DNA of 64,000 bases, taken from the NCBI GenBank assembly GCA_019310975.1, contig JAFDDH010000002.1, positions 33,569 to 97,568 of the forward strand. Direction: 5' to 3'. Below, piece after piece: positions 61,351-64,000 of this stretch (its first letter is position 1; each line of letters opens with the position of its first letter). Source of the stretch: Deltaproteobacteria bacterium (lineage in GTDB: Bacteria > Myxococcota_A > UBA9160 > UBA4427). Below the pieces are notes generated by a model. That model saw only the letters and a list, made by a program, of their open reading frames with translations, ran no database searches and was not told where the DNA came from. The translations under genes and the position numbers were made by a program.

Positions 61351-62736
61351 GTGACAGTCGAGAATCAGAAGGCCGCGGCCACAGAAGCCGCACCCAGCCG
61401 CCCGACAATGGGTGCCACGCCCGTGGTCGCCGCAGAGGAGCTCGATCCCGGTCGCGAGCGACGACCGCTCGAATCGTACTTCCAGGAGATCGGGGGCACC
61501 CGCACGCTCAAGCGCGAGGAGGAGGTCTACCTCGCCAAGGATCTCGAGTCGGCGACAGCGGATCTGCGCCACGCACTCTACGCCATCCCCAGCTCGGCAC
61601 GGCACGTCGTCGACCGCTGGGACGCGCTGCGCGCGCTCTCCCACACCGGCGCCAAGCTGTCCGAGTCGGCCGGTGACGAGGAGACGGGTGAGATCGCGGC
61701 TCGCGTGGAGCGCGCCGTCAAGCGGCTGCGCACACTGCTCGAGGATCGCGTCAAGAAGTTCGACAAGGTCGGTGACGATTACACCCTGGCGCTCGAGAAG
61801 CTGGACGTCAGGATCAGCAAGGAGATGCAGGGCGCACAGCTCTCGTTGGCCGTGCTCGTGGAGCTGCGTGATCGGTCGCTGCTCTACGCCGGCGAAATGA
61901 GGCGCACCCGCAAGCGCACCAAGCGACTGGCCGAGCTCGAGCGCGAAGGCGGTGTCGGCAAGAAGCGCATGATCGAACTGGTCAACGCCGTCGAGGACGC
62001 GCACGAGGAGATGACCTCGGTCAAGAACCGCTTCATCGAGCACAACCTCAAGCTCGTCGTCGCCATCGCGAAGGACTACCGCAACCTCGGTCTCTCGTTC
62101 CCCGATCTGATCCAGGAGGGCAACTTGGGCCTGATTCGCGCTGTGGAGAAGTTCGACCACCGGCGCGGCTTCAAGTTCTCGACCTATGCGGTCTGGTGGA
62201 TCCGCCAGGCCCTCGTACGCGCGATTCAGAATCACTCGCGGACGATCCGCCTGCCCTCTCACGTACACGACCGGCTGCAGCGCAGCCAGCGCGTGCGCGC
62301 TGAGCTGACGGGCAAGCTCGGACGCGAGCCCACGCCGGCCGAGCTGGCACCGGCGCTTGGAACGGACACCGACGCACTCGAGGCCCTCGACCGGCTCTCG
62401 CGCGAGGCCATCTCGCTCGAGTCCAATGTAGCCGGGACCGAGAAGCGGCTCGAGGACTTCGTACCGGACCAGGGCGCTGAGCAGCCTGACGGCGGCATCG
62501 ACGACGATCGCATGCGAACGGGCGTGGGTACACTGATCGGGACGCTGACTCCGCGCGAGCAGCTGATCCTGCGGCTCCGCTATGGGCTGGCCGGCGAAGA
62601 GGAGCACACCCTCGAGCAGATCGGCCAATCGCTCGGCCTGTCGAGGGAGCGCGTCCGCCAGCTCGAGGCCAGGGCGCTGAAGAAGCTGCGCGAGACGCAG
62701 CCGGCGCAGCGACTCCACCCGATCCTGGAGCCCTGA
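61351..62736 (+). CDS. RNA polymerase sigma-70 factor, RpoD/SigA family (group 1 or 2)
   Basis: 461 aa. The GTG start follows GAGAGGTGAG. Region 1.2 is [24 protein letters not shown]. Region 2 is [56 protein letters not shown]. Region 4 is [28 protein letters not shown]. No acidic region 1.1 is evident. Confidence 0.85.
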   Translation: MTVENQKAAATEAAPSRPTMGATPVVAAEELDPGRERRPLESYFQEIGGTRTLKREEEVYLAKDLESATADLRHALYAIPSSARHVVDRWDALRALSHTGAKLSESAGDEETGEIAARVERAVKRLRTLLEDRVKKFDKVGDDYTLALEKLDVRISKEMQGAQLSLAVLVELRDRSLLYAGEMRRTRKRTKRLAELEREGGVGKKRMIELVNAVEDAHEEMTSVKNRFIEHNLKLVVAIAKDYRNLGLSFPDLIQEGNLGLIRAVEKFDHRRGFKFSTYAVWWIRQALVRAIQNHSRTIRLPSHVHDRLQRSQRVRAELTGKLGREPTPAELAPALGTDTDALEALDRLSREAISLESNVAGTEKRLEDFVPDQGAEQPDGGIDDDRMRTGVGTLIGTLTPREQLILRLRYGLAGEEEHTLEQIGQSLGLSRERVRQLEARALKKLRETQPAQRLHPILEP

Positions 62737-62767
62737 CCCGAGCGAAGTCGCGGCCAAGTGAATCGAA

Positions 62768-62804
62768 GAAGCCCCCGCCGAGCGCAGAGCAGAGCGGGGG
62801 CTTC
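62768..62804 (+). terminator. Strong stem-loop after the sigma-factor gene (GAAGCCCCCGC...GCGGGGGCTTC)
   Basis: An 11-bp perfect GC-rich stem with a 15-nt loop, 32 nt after the stop codon. It is followed by GTGCATCC, so there is no U tract. Confidence 0.5.
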
Positions 62805-62933
62805 GTGCATCCGGGGCCCGACTCGAGCAGCGCGCGGGCCTCGGCTGGAGGTCAAATTGGACAGCGTGCAGGGTCAGAAGGGAAGCCTTTAGACTACGCG
62901 GCAACGCGTCCGCAACCAGCGAGGAGTCCACCC

Positions 62934-64000
62934 ATGGCATCCGACGTCCCCGAGGCCCCGAACATCTTCGACCCCGGAGTGGCCGCGTGCCCACAGGCCG
63001 CCTACCGAACGATGGTCGACGAATGCCCGGTGAGCCTCATGCCGCTGACCGGCGGCCCGATCATCTCGCGCTACGAAGACGTGATGTTCGCGCTGCGCCA
63101 TCCCAAGATCTTCTCCTCGGCGATGGAGGCACAGATGGGCCTCGGCACCGATCGCCCGATGATCCCGCAGCAGATCGACCCACCGGCCCAGACGAAGTAT
63201 CGCAAGCTCCTGGACCCGCGCTTCTCGGCCAGCCGTATGCTCGAGCTCGAGCCCTCCATCCGGGCCTCGGCCAGGAAGATGATCGAAGTCTTCGCGGACC
63301 GCGGTGAATGCGACTACTCGAAGGAGTTCGCGATCCCCTTTCCCTGCGAGGCCTTCCTGCACCTCTTCGGGCTGCCGCTCGAAGATCTCTCACTCTTCCT
63401 CGAGATGAAGGACGGCATCATCCGGCCGCAGACCGTGGCCGAGGACCCGACGGACCTCGAAGCCGTCGCGAACGTCCGCGCGGCTTCGGGCAAGCGGATC
63501 TACGCGTATTTCGAGGACCTGATCGAGAAGCGTCGCCGCGACCCGCGCGACGACCTGATGAGCTTCTTGCTCGAGGCCGAGATCGATGGCGAGAAGCTCA
63601 GTCAGAATGAGGTGCTCGACATCTCCTTCCTGCAGCTGCTGGCCGGTCTGGACACTGTGACCGCGACACTCGGTTGCAGCTTCGCCTACCTGGCCACCAA
63701 CCCGGAGCAGCAACTCCGGCTCAGGGAGGATGCGAGCCGCATCAAGGGCGCCATCGAAGAGCTGCTGCGCTGGGAGACGCCAGTCGTCGGCGTTCCGCGC
63801 TTGATCAAGCAGGACATCGAAATCGGCGGTGCCAGCCTCGAGGCCGGCCAGATGGTGATACTCCTGCTCGGCGCCGCCAATATCGACCCACGTGAGTTCG
63901 ACGCGGCCGAAGTCGTCGACTTCGAGCGCGAGCGCAATCGCCAGATCGCCTTTGGCGGTGGCAACCACCGCTGCCTCGGCAGCCACCTGGCGCGCATGGA
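62934..64000 (+). CDS. Cytochrome P450, 3' end beyond the window
   Basis: Absent from the ORF track because it runs off the edge. My translation from the ATG at 62934 (GAGGAG RBS at 62921-62926) gives MASDVPEAPNIFDPGVAACPQAAYRTM... It includes the I-helix LLAGLDTVT, the EELLRWETP (ExxR) motif and the heme loop FGGGNHRCLGSHLAR. Confidence 0.9.
   Translation, partial: MASDVPEAPNIFDPGVAACPQAAYRTMVDECPVSLMPLTGGPIISRYEDVMFALRHPKIFSSAMEAQMGLGTDRPMIPQQIDPPAQTKYRKLLDPRFSASRMLELEPSIRASARKMIEVFADRGECDYSKEFAIPFPCEAFLHLFGLPLEDLSLFLEMKDGIIRPQTVAEDPTDLEAVANVRAASGKRIYAYFEDLIEKRRRDPRDDLMSFLLEAEIDGEKLSQNEVLDISFLQLLAGLDTVTATLGCSFAYLATNPEQQLRLREDASRIKGAIEELLRWETPVVGVPRLIKQDIEIGGASLEAGQMVILLLGAANIDPREFDAAEVVDFERERNRQIAFGGGNHRCLGSHLARM

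Noticed and set aside
60546-61354. Track ORFs in the sigma-factor upstream region (60546..61049 -, 60818..61354 +, 60745..61071 +) as genes.
   Set aside because: The translations are Arg/Pro/Gly-rich with no motifs, the ORFs overlap one another in several frames, and none has a convincing RBS. The region is treated as non-coding.

Overview
High-GC (roughly 65-70% by eye) bacterial chromosomal segment with dense, mostly housekeeping gene content. I see no transposases, integrases, CRISPR arrays or tRNA genes. The centre of the window (32.1-50.6 kb, + strand) is a complete dcw cluster: mraZ-rsmH-ftsL-ftsI-murE-murF-mraY-murD-ftsW-murG-murC-murB-ftsQ-ftsA-ftsZ. It has no ddl, and many of its start and stop codons overlap. 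Upstream of mraZ sits a phased set of GTGGG boxes that looks like a MraZ operator. The left end is a long minus-strand operon: an ATP-cone/P-loop kinase, an AAA+ ATPase, a vWA protein, then sppA-trmB-rlmN and a phosphatase. Between 8.6 and 12 kb lies the most unusual module, made of a MerR-type regulator, a ParA ATPase fused to a CBM48/AMPK-beta-type glycogen-binding domain, a MinD/ParA paralogue with a destroyed Walker A motif, and a degenerate PD-(D/E)xK-like protein. At 18.5-22.1 kb there is a pair of ArsA/Get3-like ATPases, preceded by a 12-bp x8 tandem repeat carrying in-frame ATGs. This pair is followed by a basic-tailed hypothetical protein and a PhaR/phasin-type protein. Other content includes a tatA gene, a TMTC-like TPR membrane protein, a molybdopterin oxidoreductase, ribE, an HDAC-family enzyme, two crotonases, ndk, a quinone oxidoreductase, two adjacent acyl-CoA dehydrogenases with an HxlR-SCP2 regulator, RNase P RNA (rnpB), an ArgA-like acetyltransferase, an SLC13 permease, an RpoD-family sigma factor behind an ~800-bp leader, and a partial cytochrome P450. 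All functional calls come from reading motifs in the supplied translations and in my own translations. No database search was possible, so family names are provisional. The long antisense ORFs in the track are treated as high-GC shadow ORFs.
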